Below, in pieces: positions 36,501 through 51,500 of a stretch of 64,000 nt of DNA. Source of the DNA: Phoronis australis (Eukaryota > Animalia > Phoronida); NCBI GenBank assembly GCA_002633005.1, contig NMRA01000077.1, positions 372,001-436,000 on the forward strand, written 5' to 3'. Position 1 is the stretch's first letter; every line of letters starts with the position of its first letter. The notes under the pieces were generated by a model, which worked only from the letters and a program-made list of their open reading frames with translations, searched no databases and had not been told where the DNA came from. The translations under genes and the position numbers were made by a program.

Positions 36501-39500
36501 TTTTTTGACCTAATACTGATTTTAATTGGATTTTTAAGTGTAGTGCTGTATTTTGAATGATGGCGTAATAATAACAGATTGAAATGAAACAGATTTGATT
36601 TGATTTGATTTTTGCTCCTTGCCCATATTTCACACTGCCTTTGTTCTGCAGTTCACGGTGGATGGAGTGACTGGAGTGAACCAAGCAACTGTTCGGAGCC
36701 GTGCGGAGATAAAGGTGTGATTGTGCGGACACGCATGTGTACAGAGCCTGCCCCTCAATGCGGTGGTGCCCCCTGTGGTGTGAAAGGTGAAGGTGGTCTG
36801 AAAGTAGAGCCATGCAACCGTGTGAAATGTCCAGGTTTGTATTGTGTTTCACAAAAGATCGTGCTATTTTTTAAACCTGTTATTTGAGTACACACTGGTG
36901 CCCACTTATTATTTTCATGCACACATTTCTGTGATCACCATGAATTTGAAAAATGCATATTTTCATGGGATGACAATCAGAATTAAGCAAATGTTAATGT
37001 CTTCATTTTTGTCTGTGGAGTTCGTAGGTTAAAAAAACCTTAAAAGAAAATTGTAGACATACTGTAATTGTAAACGATAGAATACAAAAACTGCATGTTC
37101 AAGTTTCATTCGAGAAAATTCATGTTTGTGGAAATATTATCAATCTCTGTTAAAAATCATGATTTGTTAGGAAAATGCAAACACATGATTACGAGCAGGC
37201 AAGAATTATTTTTGTGCTCATAATGATATTCTGTGTTCATCAAGGACTTTGTTTTTAGGTTTACAATTCATAGGTAAAAGGTCAAGAAGTTTGTTCCTTC
37301 ATAACGAACATAGCAGTGACCTTAAAGTACTCACTCAATGTTGGCCTGTTGTGTGCTACAAAGAGCTTGCTTGTTGGCCAAGATCTTTTTTGTTGGGACA
37401 TTCCCAGATGAAATGAATTCTCGATGGGATATGGCAGTAGTATTCCTATGTATATGGAATAACCTATATGTATTTCCCACTGTCTTAAAGTAAACTTCAT
37501 GGTAGCGGAGGAGGATGTCAACAAATATGCAATTTTTTTAAGTTTGTTCAACAAGCCTGAAAAGCTGAATTAAATTGGTCAGTTGAATTGGGTTTAGATG
37601 GTAACTTTAATTGGAAAGAAGTGTTCTCTTCCTTACAATGTAACAAAAGATTCAAAAATTAGATGATTTCAGTTTTGATTGTTAAATAGACTTGTCTACA
37701 AACTCATTTTTGAAAACTAAACGTCAAAGAAGATGATACCTGCTCTTTTTGTAAAGTCTGTTGAGACACTGAAGCACTTTTTAGTGGGTGTGACTATGTT
37801 AAACATTTCTGGATTTATCCTAACTGTCAGGTTATTGTTAAGTGTGCTGGTCGCCATGTTGACACTCTCTGTTATCAAACAGTAATCCTTGGTATAGTTA
37901 ACAAACTACAATTACTACCTGACATGTTATTACTTTTGGGAAAACAATTTATCTTTAATTCTAAATGTAAAAGCTGAAACTTGTGTGTTAACGCCTTTTT
38001 AATTTTTGTTAATGACTGTTACAACTCTGAAAAGTATATAGTCTATAAAAACTTTAACAAAAAATGGGGAAATTTGGAATCTTGTTTGTAAAGGAATGTG
38101 TGATTGTAGGTGTAAAGGACTGGTGTGACTGATGTATTGTATTGTCAAATAGTATATTGTATTGTCAAATAGTACATTGTATTGTCAAATAGTACATTGT
38201 ATTGTCAAATAGTATCTTGTATTGTCAAATAGTATCTTGTATTGTCAAATAGTATATTCCCAATAAATGATTGAAAAAAAAGATCTTGCTTGTTTCAGTC
38301 AATGGTGGCTTCTGCGAGTTCAAGCCTTGGACTAAGTGCAGTAAGACATGTGGCCGTGGGGAGAAGACACGATCGAGGAAGTGCAAATGTCCTGCCCCAG
38401 CCCACGGGGGTCTTGCCTGTGAGGGTCTAGAGCAGGAGACAGAGGACTGTAACACACAGGAGTGTCCAAGTATGTGATAGATGTAAAATGTGTTACTCGG
38501 GGGCCATGAAGGTGGATTTGATTTTATTATGGATGTGTATGGCTTTTGATTTTAACCTCTGAAATTGGTCTCAATTTGTTACTTAGAAAAACAAGAGGTG
38601 ATTTCTGGGATTGTGGTCAAATTGGGGAGGGGGGGAGGCATTTCTGGGCCTTGGACCTTGTGTAGTAAGGTGTGTTGGGTACTGGTTAGAAGACACGCAT
38701 GGGGGAAGGGTGAGTGTGCTGCCCCAGCCCATGAGGGTTTGGTGGGGAAGGGTAAGACAAGTGTGCTGCCCCAGCCTGTGAGGGTTTGGTGGGGAAGGGT
38801 GAGTGTGCTGCCCCAGCCTGTGAGGGTTTGGTGGGGAAGGGTGAGTGTGCTGCCCCAGCCTGTGAGGGTTTGGGAGTCTTGACCAGGAGATGAAGGACAG
38901 AAAGAAACTGACAGATTGTTAGTGCTTGCGATGTGTAATAATTAGAATTAAGTCCAAAAAGTGCTAGAAAGCAATTACTTGAGATCAAACAAGTTGCATT
39001 GTCACAGTGGGTCATGTAAATGCAATAACACACTGTTCAGAAACCACCCTTGATCTGAATTAGGAAAAAAATGAGGTCATACTTTTAGCATTAAGTGGTC
39101 TAATTCAAATGTTTATTGATGGAATGCACGTTTAGTCGTTTTAACTTTGCACGCTAGCTTCTCTGTTTGTTCCATTTTCAGGAAGTTCCTTCATGTTATA
39201 TACACTTCACTCTATCTTATTCAATCCTGAATTTAAATTTTGATTGAAATCTACCAAAATTTTATGTCCTCACTGACTATCGTGTTTTCAATATTTTTTG
39301 CAGGTAATTGTGAATTTTCCCCGTACTCTGATTGGAGCCCGTGTGAAGGTGACTGCGGTAGTGGCGAACAGACGAGAAGTCGTGAAATAGTTCAGAAGGC
39401 TGCTTTTGGGGGTCAGCCGTGTGACAACACAACACTCGTGCAAAAGAGAGAATGTGAACTAAAACCTTGCTCTGGTAAGTGTTACAATGGGTCTTGTAGG

Positions 39501-42500
39501 AGAGATCCTTGGGGGTTGGGGAAGTATCATCTTGTTGTACTTGAAGTGTAGTCGAGCAAAACTTATTTGCCTTGTGTTTGTACTTCAGATGTTGGGAGAC
39601 TATCGGTTTTGGTGAAGGATACTAGAAAATTTCTAATCATGCTCCGCTTTGTATTAAACATTTCATATTTTAGGGGCATTTGAGTATTTTAACATTTCAA
39701 TCAATGTGTAGCTTGTAAAGGTTGAAAACTTGACTGTGCATTGTGAATGAATTGTGTGCTTATGCTACAACCATTTGCTGTTGATGTAGCTATTATGTAT
39801 TGATGTAAAGTCAAGTAAAAATCAAACAGGTGTTTAAAGCCACTACATTTCTGTAAAAAAACAAATTTTTTTGGCAAAAGCCCTTCTTCAGTTTGAAATG
39901 TCATAAAATACAGACGATACACAAAGAGGCACTGGATCCTATAAGGTAACAATAGGTAACAATTACAGATAAAATAGAAGACCAACAGACCAACAGACCA
40001 CATACAAACTACCAGAGATGAAAAGAGGCCTAGGCTGGCGAAATAAAGTCATTTATTATGACAATGATAAGTGCAAAGAATACGAATGAAAATACAATAT
40101 AATAAGTATAGAATAATAATCTCCGGGAAGATGGTCAATGAAAAGTGCCACAAGAGATCTTGTTAAACAGATCATGCCCATGCACATATGTAATATGGAG
40201 AATATTGTGAATATTTGGAAAATAGAAGGTAGACCATACTACAGTTATTGAACTATACAGGAAACACAAATAAATAAGACTTAGAAACTTGGCATTCACA
40301 TTTATGAACTTGAATTCTAAACTTATATCGGTTACCTACCTGTACTTGTATTGTAGGGACCATCCTACTGGGCATGTTGCGTACTAAGTTACTGTATAGA
40401 TTATTTGTCATGGTTCCCTGAGACCTCTTTGATATGAGAGTGTTCATAAGAGGTTGCTCTGCTTCTAATTTTTCCAGAGAAATGCGATAAGAAGAAAGGC
40501 CTGCGCTACTACTGCAAGAAGTCCTGCCCAAAAACATGTGAACACTTACGTGAGGAAGTCGAGTGCTTGCCAACAGAAGAGTGTGTCCTGGGTTGCAACT
40601 GTGAGGAAGTTAGTATGATGCAGGCTACGTACAGACAGCACTGAGGATTACTGTTTTTACTATTAGCATAAGACACAAAGTTGTTTCCACTATGAATTGT
40701 GGGAAATCATGGTCTCATTTGCAACTGATCAACCGCCAGCAGAATGGAATGACTACTTAAAGGTTTTATAACTTCCTATAACTCTATTTTGTGTTGCACA
40801 TAACTTGGTCAAATTTTGATCGGTTTGTGTAAAGGTCAACTAACTGTAAGCCATTGGTAAAGCGGAAACTAAGAGTATTTGGTGATCATTAACTAGTTTC
40901 CATCAAACCAATAAATACACTGATGTAGTGTCATTCATAATCAGTGATGCTCATGACAGTGAAATCTGAAAAGTGGGGTTAACTCATCTTTCTAAATACC
41001 ATTCATAACCACCATGAACAAAAATTGCTCCTGTCTCTGACTAGTAACCCATGTATTTATTGTGCCATAAACAAATTAGTTCTCATTTGAAAATACGTAT
41101 TTGCAAAATAATTGTATGAACATGACAAATGTCCTTTATTTTCTCATTCCTTTAGTTTTGTTTTGGATAAATAAACCAGGCATATCACTCCTTCCACACC
41201 TGGGGAAGAATATTGAGGTCACGTTGAAATAGTCACTATAAGAAAAATACTGTGGTTGGATTTTTTCATTTAACAACCGTTCTTAGCAAATTTTTATGGA
41301 AATAACGAATCCGGCTGTATGAAGCTAAGTGGTTGTATTGTTTACTGGCAATGCTCGCAGACAGGCTAGGATCTTATCAATATTGTGGTTTGCAAGTTAT
41401 GTTGCTGGATTGTTTACGAGTCAGGTACCAACATTCCAGCATAAACTCCTAACGATCTCACAGTCGATCTCACTGTTGACACCAAATGTGTGGTAGGGCG
41501 TCCATTGGCAATGGCTGGAATGTTCTTTATTGTGGTGAAAATTTCCTAGCACAATTACTGTTCAATTTGTATGATTCAGATAGAATGAACTAATGTTGAC
41601 TTCACCTCATATGAGAATGTGTTATCATTTATTTTTTTAAATTTTGCATATTATTTTTTCATAAAATTGTGTTTGGAGACATATGTACATGAGTTATTGC
41701 CAGTGTTCATAATTATATTGTATATTTCTGACATTTTCTGCCTTACATTTAAAGGGTAAAGTACTGAATGCAGAGGGTGTGTGCGTACCAGAATCACATT
41801 GCAAGTGTGAGTACGTTACTCCGCTGGGTGTTAAGAGGACACTGAAACCAGGGGAGAAAATCAAAGAGAACTGTCGTGAAGGGTGAGTCATGCATCATAG
41901 TTATAGTTTGGCATCTCACACATTGTAGCCATTTCATGAGAAGCTTTGCTATTTCAATACGAATTAAGTTTTTGGATGTTTGACTGACGTAGGTTCAAAT
42001 TCTTAAATAATTTAGTTCTTTCAGGCTTGTAAGTCAATTTTTTTTTCTTTAGAACTAGCTAATAGTATGTACGTTAATATAAAAGTAATTGCAGGCGGTC
42101 TGATACACATTGTTCCAGATGTGCGCAGGCCGTGCATGTGGGCCCATTGCACTGATCACCTGAAGCCATTTTTATGCTTTATTAATATGTATTTAAAACC
42201 GAGCTGAGTTGCTAGAAACCTGACTCAAGGGTCTAGCAGTGTGGTCTAGTGGGACTTGAACCCCTGACTCAAGGGTCTAGCAGTGTGGTCTAGTGGGACT
42301 CGAACCCCTGACCTCAAGTAAAGAAAGCGGGCACCTATCGCACTAGGTCACACTGCTTCCTCAGATATGTACGTTACTCTCATGTATAACTTTTGGATTT
42401 GACACAACATCTGCAGGGAGTTGTTTATCAACGGTCATCACCATGTTATACGCTGCATTTCCTGTAAGCGCAAAATATTCCTATTGACATAAAAAGGATT

Positions 42501-45500
42501 GTTGTAGTTGAGTGCTTTGCCCAATTAAACGAATTGTTTGCCTGCAAAATTCAAGATAGGACTGTTTTAGTTAAGACCAAGTGAACAACCTTTGATGAAC
42601 GTGTCTGGGATTGTAAATCTGTTTAATCAGCCTCTAGGTGATGTGGAATGCAATTAAGATTGGTAATCAAAGTTTCATTTCCAATTTTTTTATACCATAA
42701 TTTTGAGGTTAGGTGTGACATACTTGCCTTAAGGCCTATATCACACCAAACTTGTTCTCAGAACATCCAAACCTCAACTTAACATCTTCATGAAATGGGA
42801 TGTGGACTGGTGGAAATGGGCAACTTTGGCCAAAAACCAAGGAGATACTGTATGCTGACTTCATACTTATTAAATGATTGTGCTCAGTTTTTTACCAATT
42901 TTTGTGGTCTTGCTGAGAATTAGCTTAGTGCGACAGAGCCCTAAGTGAATATTGTTGTACATAACTGTACCAGAAACAACATGCTTGGTATTAATGATAT
43001 AACTTATAAGGATTCCTGCTAATTAAGAATCTAGAATGAAAATTTTGACATTCATATTTCTGTTTTCTTTTTCAGCGTTTGTGAAAAAGGCAAAATTGTG
43101 TACACTGACTTTGCATGCATTGGTAAGCTGTATGTGTGCATAATGTTTCTATTATGTGACGTGTAAACTTTGAATTTCCATCTGTCAGTCCTGTTTTACT
43201 CATGACTAGTGAAATAAAATTGGAGACAGTGCACATTTTATTCTGTCTTATTTTTTAGTTAAAGTAATTACTAACAGTTGAATACAAGTTATTAAGGTTA
43301 TTATTTAGAACGCTAGAAAAAATTCCAAATTCAGCTAACTTCTAAATTTTATATCTCAGATATGGTGGATTGAACTCGGATGAAACTTCCAACACTTTGC
43401 TTTATGCATTGTTTGCCAAAACTCTGTTAGGAATGGTTTTGAAATGTTCCTGTTATGCAAGAGGGGATGTCAAAAGTAGGAGTTTGATGTTTTTCATGAA
43501 AGAAATCTAAAGTTTCTCAAAATGAAAACAAAATATTGTAGAAAACTGTAATACCATTTTGAGATCTCATCTTGAATATTTATATCAAATAAAATTATTT
43601 GATTATGGTATTGATGGCATTGTTGTCTTGTTGATGTACCTTTCTTTTTTGCAAAATTTTAAGAGACATGGTTTATTAGTAAAAAGGCAAAAAAAGTTTG
43701 TTTTAAATATTTGGCTTACTTCGCAGATTGGTCAGTAAGGTCAATATATCCTTAACTCACCTTTTTCAGTGCCTTGTTACCGTGGTAAATGGACGCCCTA
43801 CACTCGATGTCCTGTCACGTGCATTCCTCCTGGTGGTAACGCCACCTATGAGCAGACACGGTCACGCACTCTCGGACTGCCGCCAGATGCACCGCCATTG
43901 GCTACAGCTGACTGCAAAAATTTGACAGAGGAGGTTGAGACCAAAAAATGCGACATTGCAGATTGCCCAGGTATACTAAGTATTACTAACTATTAGGGGC
44001 GCATTCATACAACAGTCGTCTTGCATTGTCTGAATTATGGTAGAAAGGGTTCCACTTTTGAGAATATACTTTTTGATTTGATGAAATTAATGTAAACCCT
44101 TACGATTTATGTTTAAGTTTTTTTAACTTGACCAATACATGACAGAAAAAGTTGAATTTTATGTTGTCAGATTTCTCTTCTCAAAGAAGGCTCGAGATGG
44201 AAATTGACTTCTATTGTTGTAGCTGGTTTGTGCTGAACAGTGGTATTTTAGAATACATAGTAAAGCTTTGAACAGCAATGATAAACATAGTTTTGGCAAT
44301 TGTTTTAATACAAAATTGGAGAAACTTAATATGATAACTATTATTTATGATTGACATATGTCCCGAGTAAACATATGTATGTCGCAGGCTTGTTATGAAA
44401 AGGAGACCGAGTTTGGCAAAATAAGGTAATTCATAGGCCGGGGATAAGAACAAAATACAATTCGTAAAAAATAGTAATCTTTGGTAAGGTTGGCAATGTA
44501 AAAGTTCCACAAGAGATGTTGAAAACAGCTCATGCCCATTTTTACTTCATTCTCATGTGTGCAGTTGACTGTGTATGGGACGACTGGACAGACTGGTCAG
44601 ACTGTGACGAGGAGTGTGGTGGTGGACAGAAGACAAGAACGAGGAAAGTGCTTACCCCAGCCCAGAATGGTGGCAAGGAGTGTAAGGGACCTAAAGTGAA
44701 GACAAAGAAATGCAACCAACAGCCATGTGCATGTGAGTGCACCCATCGCGTATACCATTTGTTTTTATTCTTTGTTATATGTGGGAATTGTAGAATGTTG
44801 TTTAAACAAATTACACAGGCTGTAGAAAATGAGTTAAGTACTCAGTACACTCTGGTAAAATTGATGTTGTTCCTAATGATAGCATTTGTATTCTGTTCAG
44901 TTTATTGTCACTTTTAATTTATTACAGCAGTCTTGTGGATTGTCAGCATGGCTTTGATTATCTGTTTTGTTGTGAGTTAATGTCTGTCAATTGTTGCCAA
45001 GATATACTGCATGACAAAAGTAATCAGACAAACAGCATTTCCCCGTCATATCGGCTGGATGATTTGATTCACAGCAATAGTAACTGGTAATAGCTATCAT
45101 GGTGGTGACACCAACTATTATCATTATGGAATGGCTTAGCCTTCTTATTAAATTTTCTTTTAATTCACTTTCGTTCTTAGTCATGCGAGAAGTTGCTAAC
45201 TTCTTCACCCGCTCAACATTCATGGTCGTTTTGTCCGAATACTTCTGGCATGTATTATACGTGGTGCCTTGTCTATGTGCTTGTGTGTTGAAACAAGAGA
45301 TTCAGATATTCCCAGTTTCAGCATGTTGTAGTAGACGTTCAGTTATGATAAAAATGCTGATTAGTGAAATACAAAGTTTGACCAGTGCCACCTATCCACC
45401 ACTTTCTGGGATTTGGAGATTTATTCAATGCTTTTTATATACCTGCTCTCTCTGCTTACATTGAGTCTGGTGTGTCGGTATTCCAAATGAATCTTCTTAG

Positions 45501-48500
45501 AATAAATTGCTTCATTTTAATTTAGGTTGACCAATTGTTTGACTTTGTAGTGAAGCAGTGTCGAGACAGTGATAAGGAGTACGTCCAATGTGCCCGCAAG
45601 TGCCCGCGTACCTGCACAGACTTGTCAGCAGATGTTAAATGTGAGGAAATGCCCACTGACCAGTGCACTGCCACATGCGAGTGTCCAGCTGACAAATATG
45701 GACAGGACGGTGGGTATTGCAACTGCAGATTACAATAGTTTGGTGGATGTACAACTTGATAATTCATGCTTACACAGCTCATTGTAATAGTGACATGTTG
45801 CCAGGTTGAAATATATAGATTAGGTGCATCTATTTTCAAGCAACTTGTAATCAATTAAGATACTGAAACAGAGGTCAATTACTTAAAACTCCAAGCTTTC
45901 AATTATTTTTGCCCTTTTAGTGATGGGTTTGAGTATTTTTAAGTATTTTGACTCTTTTGATATCTTATTTGACTGCTTATTGTGCTGGGTATGAACTTTC
46001 ATTCTGCAAGGTTTATGCCATTTTGTCCTCGATTATTATTTCTTATTCATTGTCATGTTTGACTATAAATATCCACATTCATGTTTTTGTGTGGTGATTG
46101 ACAGGTGGGTGTGTCCCGGCTGCCGACTGTAGGTGTACTGTCGTCTTGAAGACGGACAATGGTACGGAGGTGGAAAAAGTGTTCCAGCCGGGCGAGAAGG
46201 TGAAGAGGGACACGTGCAATGAATGGTGAGCTGATGAAGAATTGGTGATGATCTGATGGTGAACTATCATATGGTCATTACAGGTTATCTTGGACCTTAG
46301 TAAACTATCATATGGTCATTACAGGTTATCTTGGACCTTAGTAAACTATCATATGGTCATTACAGGTTATCTTGGACCTTAGTAAACTATCATATGGTCA
46401 TTACAGGTTATCTTGGACCTTAGTAAACGACCTCAAATCTATCGAAAAAACTATGCTTTGTCAACCATTAAAAGTAGGAGAAAGATGGAGGATTCTAAAA
46501 GTATGCTTCTTACAATAGTGTCTATATTATTGTCATGTGACCATGTTTTTAAGTCAAATTTTTATATACAAGAAAGGTACATTTGTTCATAGTAAATTAA
46601 CTCCCGAGCCGATTTTACTAAAACTTTTTCAAATGAAACTTTACGTTATGTCTCAAGTATGATGTTGGAAATTTTTTATTATTCACTTAGTTTGGGTATC
46701 ATGCCAAATTAACTTCCAAAATACAAGACATTTTTAACTCGCAAAACACAAAAAGAAAGTGACTGGTATCCAATGCCAGTGTTGAATATGCGAGTAATTG
46801 CAGAAGACTATGTCATGGAGAGCAAGTTTCCTGTCAGCCTCATATCCACATCAGTATAATAGCTAGAGATGTGAGCTTTCTTAAAAAAGGTGCATATGAA
46901 TGCTGTATGCTGCATTGCATTGTGTACAATCATAGATGATTCAATTAGACGAATCCATCATACCTAATGTGTTAATAATTTGGTTTAGCTCCCTCCCAAT
47001 GATTTTTTAGTTTCCCAATTTAGCTGCCTGAGACAGTAAAATGTCGATGAGTTTGGTATGTAACTTAAAGTGACCACAGTCTTGGGACCACTTCATTACT
47101 GCCATGTGATAAACTCACAACTTTCAAAGCCAGCCATGGCTTTACAATAGAGCTAAATCCAAGAGCATACAGTCACATGCTATAAACATTGGACCATGAA
47201 TTCCATTATACTAATTTGGTGGAATGATGTAGAAGCAGGTGTTTGAGCTATTTGTGGTGGACTTGATGTCAAACATTTATCTCAGTGTTAATCTGAAACA
47301 TTTTTCCCACCAGTGTATGCGAAGATGGTATACTTCGGTGCACAGAAATGGTGTGCGCCACTTGGACACCATGGAAGGATGGTGACTGCTCGGTAGAATG
47401 TGGTGAAGGTACTATGGTGCAGACGAGAGTGTGTGAGAATGCCGTCGGAGAGCGTGTGTGTGAAGGAGAGCCCGAACGCATCGTCAACTGCAGCAAACCC
47501 GCCTGCCCAGGTACGTGATTCATGTGTCTTGTACTTTGGTGGCAAAATGCAGTGAGATTAGAAACTGCATTGTGGCATAGAAAAGAGGAAGTCCCATTAG
47601 CCCTTATGTGTGGTGGGAATACTACCTATAATTTGAAACTCTTGATGGTACTTTTTTAGGGTTCAATAATCTTATTCGTTAATGTTATCCGAAGCTAGAA
47701 ATAAAACATTAAGGGTAATCTTACAAAGTGGGCGTACTTTTGGGTGGGCCTATTTTAGTAAATCTCCGGTGGTCAGTCTATTAATTTTTTAGGTATAGCT
47801 TCTTTATTTGCTTCTTGCACTAATTTCTTCAACACAAGCATGTCCACCATTTTGAATCTACATTTTTCTCTCGTCACTATCTTTTTGGCAACAAGTCGTG
47901 TAAGTAAAAAATTTCCCGTTGTCAAGTCTTGAAATGGGAATGTGTGTGCTTCGAGATACTATACCTTATCTTGCAGTTCCGTGTGAGGTGGGTGATTGGG
48001 GTAACTGGACTGAGTGTTCAGCCACGTGTGACGGTGGTCAAATGGAGAGAACAAGGGAGGTGGTGATGCCTCCTGAGAATGGCGGAGAATGTGACCAACT
48101 GTTGAAGGAAACCAAGAAATGTAACACTAAGCCTTGTGGGGGTGAGTAGGCAGTATAGAAGTCTATTGATTAAAAACGTTAAGGAGATCTAGTTTCCATG
48201 CAACCATTGTTTTTGTGAAGTCTTAGTGCCAAATGTATTGCACTTTCATGCGTGTTTTGTGTGTTTATTGTGGCATATCAGTGGCCTTTCTATGGTTTTT
48301 GGGATATCTCTCATGGATTGTGGAACACTGGTCATACAAGCACAATGAAATCAAACAATGAAACCAAAGAAAGGTAAACCTACATGACTGTCCAGAAATA
48401 GAAAATGCATGTCCCACAATTCTTTAACTTTGAAAATGTCTGCTTACTGCATCAGTTTTCAGTTAAAGTAACTTCCAATCTCAGCTTAATATTTCATTCA

Positions 48501-51500
48501 GCCTAATTTAGCATTTTAGCCTTATTTTTGTTACATCTAATATAATTTTTTATTCGGTTTTTGGCAAGCACTTTGCATTAATTTTGTTGTTGTTAGTTTC
48601 AACAGCTTCTTTCAATTACTGTTCCACTTAATCAGTTTTTGGCCTTAATAAAATAAATAGAAAGTGACAACAAAAAAGTCTTCATGAAAACAATCATATT
48701 TTGTTATATATAACATTAGAAAGTCTTCATGAAAACAATCATATTTTGTTATATATAACATTAGTCACATAGCTTATGATGCTTGACTTTGACTGAAGTT
48801 AATGGAAATGTCTTAAAATATTCATATGTATACATCAAAATGTGAATGTTTGTGAAATTTTTTGTCATTTTAATCTGTTCATCTTGAGAAATGAGTGAAT
48901 AGCTGATGCCTTTATTTGCTGTTATGAATTTGCCATTACAAAATCAGTTTATTTCCCAGAATTCTGTAAAGACACCATGGAATACAGAAAACCACCCAAC
49001 TGTGCCAACTCTTGTCCCGCTACTTGCGCTGATGTGTCTGAGGGCTCGTGTACTGAGAGTAAAAAGTGTGAGGAGGGATGTGCCTGTCCTACTGGAACGG
49101 TAAGAGAGACGAGGAGAGGAGTGCTTGATGATGAAGGGAAGGGGGGAGGGTTAAGGGGACAGAGGGCCAAGATACTGAGATGTGAGGAACAACACTAGTA
49201 GAACAGTAAGGAGAGGGAGGATTGATTGAAAGGAGGCAGGTCTATGGGAGAGAGGTCCCATCTTACTAGTAGTGTGAGGAGGAGCTGGGGGTGAATTGGA
49301 GAGAGAAGGGAAGTGCCAAGGGGGGCAGTGCCAAGGGGGGCTGTGCCAAGGGGGGCTGTGCCAAGGGGGCAGTGCCAAGGGGGGCTGTGCCAAGGGGGGC
49401 TGTGCCAAGGGGGGCAGTGCCAACATCAAGACGTATGAGGAGGGTTGTGGATGTCTTATTAGAATGGTGAGATGACTGAGGAGGAGTGACTTGGTAGGAA
49501 AGTAGTGTGGAGGAGGAGAGAGGAAGGGATCTGATATTAGGTAAAGGAGTTGTAATAGTTTGCACATGGCATGTCTTTGTCACTGGGAAAGATGACATAC
49601 AAGAAAACGGATGTTTGGGCGAGAGTGGATCCTATTAGCCATTGATGCTATTGCATGGACTACATACTGTGGCTAGAGTGGATCCTATTAGCCATTGATG
49701 CTATTGCATGGACTACATACTGTGGCTAGAGTGGATCCTATTAGCCATTGATGCTATTGCATGGATTACATACTGTGGATGAAATTGAAAGTAACATGTG
49801 AGTAAGGTTAAGATTAATTCTAGCACTTGACATTTAAGGACTTTTATTGGTTTCTTGTTAGGTTGAGAACAGTGAAGGCAAATGTGTACCAATAGCTGAG
49901 TGCCCCTGTCTGGCTAGTGACCCCAACCTTACTAACATGACCCTACCTACAGGCAAGGGTGGGAAACCCATACAGGTGTTCCCACCAGGAGCAGAGTTGA
50001 AGTCTGAAGCTAAAGACTGGTGAGTGGTCATAAACTGTCATGAAATGAAAGCAGCTTCGAGTTGTATTGAATGGAAAACAGAGTGTCTCAGCTTAAGATA
50101 ATCTGCAAGGTTTAGCAATTATTTTTTGCTATGAAATTAATACTGTGTCAGGTCATTGTTTTAATTTACAACATTTTTTCTAAATCAATGCAGCAAATGG
50201 ACAGTGGCAATAAAAAGCTTGAAGTTTGCTATGTTTTACTAGTAACCCGTATAAATGCCATCAGAAAGTCATGTGAGACCTTAGATCCACAAATGCCGCC
50301 ATGTTGGTGGAGTTGGTAACATTCTGTAGACTTAGTTTCTAACAAAAAACCAAGACCTCGCATGAATGGAAGGCAAGTGTTTCACAAGTATGTTCATGAG
50401 CAGGATGATGATCACTGATTGGTCAGTGAGATTGGAATGTTGAATTATGGGACAGAATTCATAAATTATGGAATAGAATTCACTTGATTCATACCATAAG
50501 AAAAGTTGTATGCTGCAAGCTCAAGTAAAGTACTGTGTTCAGCTTTGTGTTCTCCACTCAAGGCAATGAGAATAGGAACACATTGCCGAGTCGAGTCCTA
50601 TTCTTTGTTGGCTGTAAGAAATGCTGAATACATTGACTGTTTTTGCAGTGAATGCAACAGTGGAACGTGGGTGTGTAAAGAGAAGCCAGTCAATCCAAAC
50701 GGTGAGTAGGGCGGGTCTGGGGGTGACAGTCTGTCATATTGGTCCTGAAATCATGAATCATTTATAGAGAACTAAGCATTATAATTTGGGTGTGTATGAG
50801 TTGCCAATCAAGCCAGAAGTTGGCAGGGCTTGGAATTTTCCTCCTTTAAGAGGATTTCCTCTTTTTGGTATCAGTTTCCTCTTATTTAATTTTTATATAA
50901 GTTTCCTCTTTTTCATTTTCTTTTTTATCATTATTTTGCCTTTATTCATGAAAGAAAAGTTTCTTGCAGATAAATTTTACAACAAGGTGAAGTAGAGAAG
51001 AGATCTCTACTGGCCTGACTGGTACTTCGCTGACAAGTGGCCCTGTAGTAAATGTTTGCTCTTGAACACTTTACTTTCACAGTATCACAAAGTGTAGATC
51101 ATATTAACAAAATGGACTATTTTGATTTAATTCACATATCAGGTCAATCAAAAATTTTTTTTGAAATTTGAAGCACAGAAGGTCTATAATGTTTTTCAGA
51201 TCTAGTCTATTTAGCATCTTTCTGTAAAATCCCATGACAAAAATTTTCCAAAATTGCTCATCAGTTTTTTATTGCTTTCTGGCATTTTTTAAAATGACTC
51301 CAGTTTTTCAAAATAGCTTTATGGTAACTGTGGTATATAACTGACAAAGCATTACGTCTTTATGAAAAATGAGAAAATGAAGTTATTCACTGTTACTGCA
51401 TCCCAATTTATCAGTTACGATATTGGGGGCAGAAAGTATTGCCTCATATGTAATATGCCAAATATTTAAATTTAGTGAATTATTCAACTGTCTTTTCCAC

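Noticed and set aside
49151-49598. Pro-rich minus-strand ORFs (PPLAQ repeats)
   Set aside because: They are translations of the G-rich 15-bp repeat and the purine tract, with no splice or domain support.
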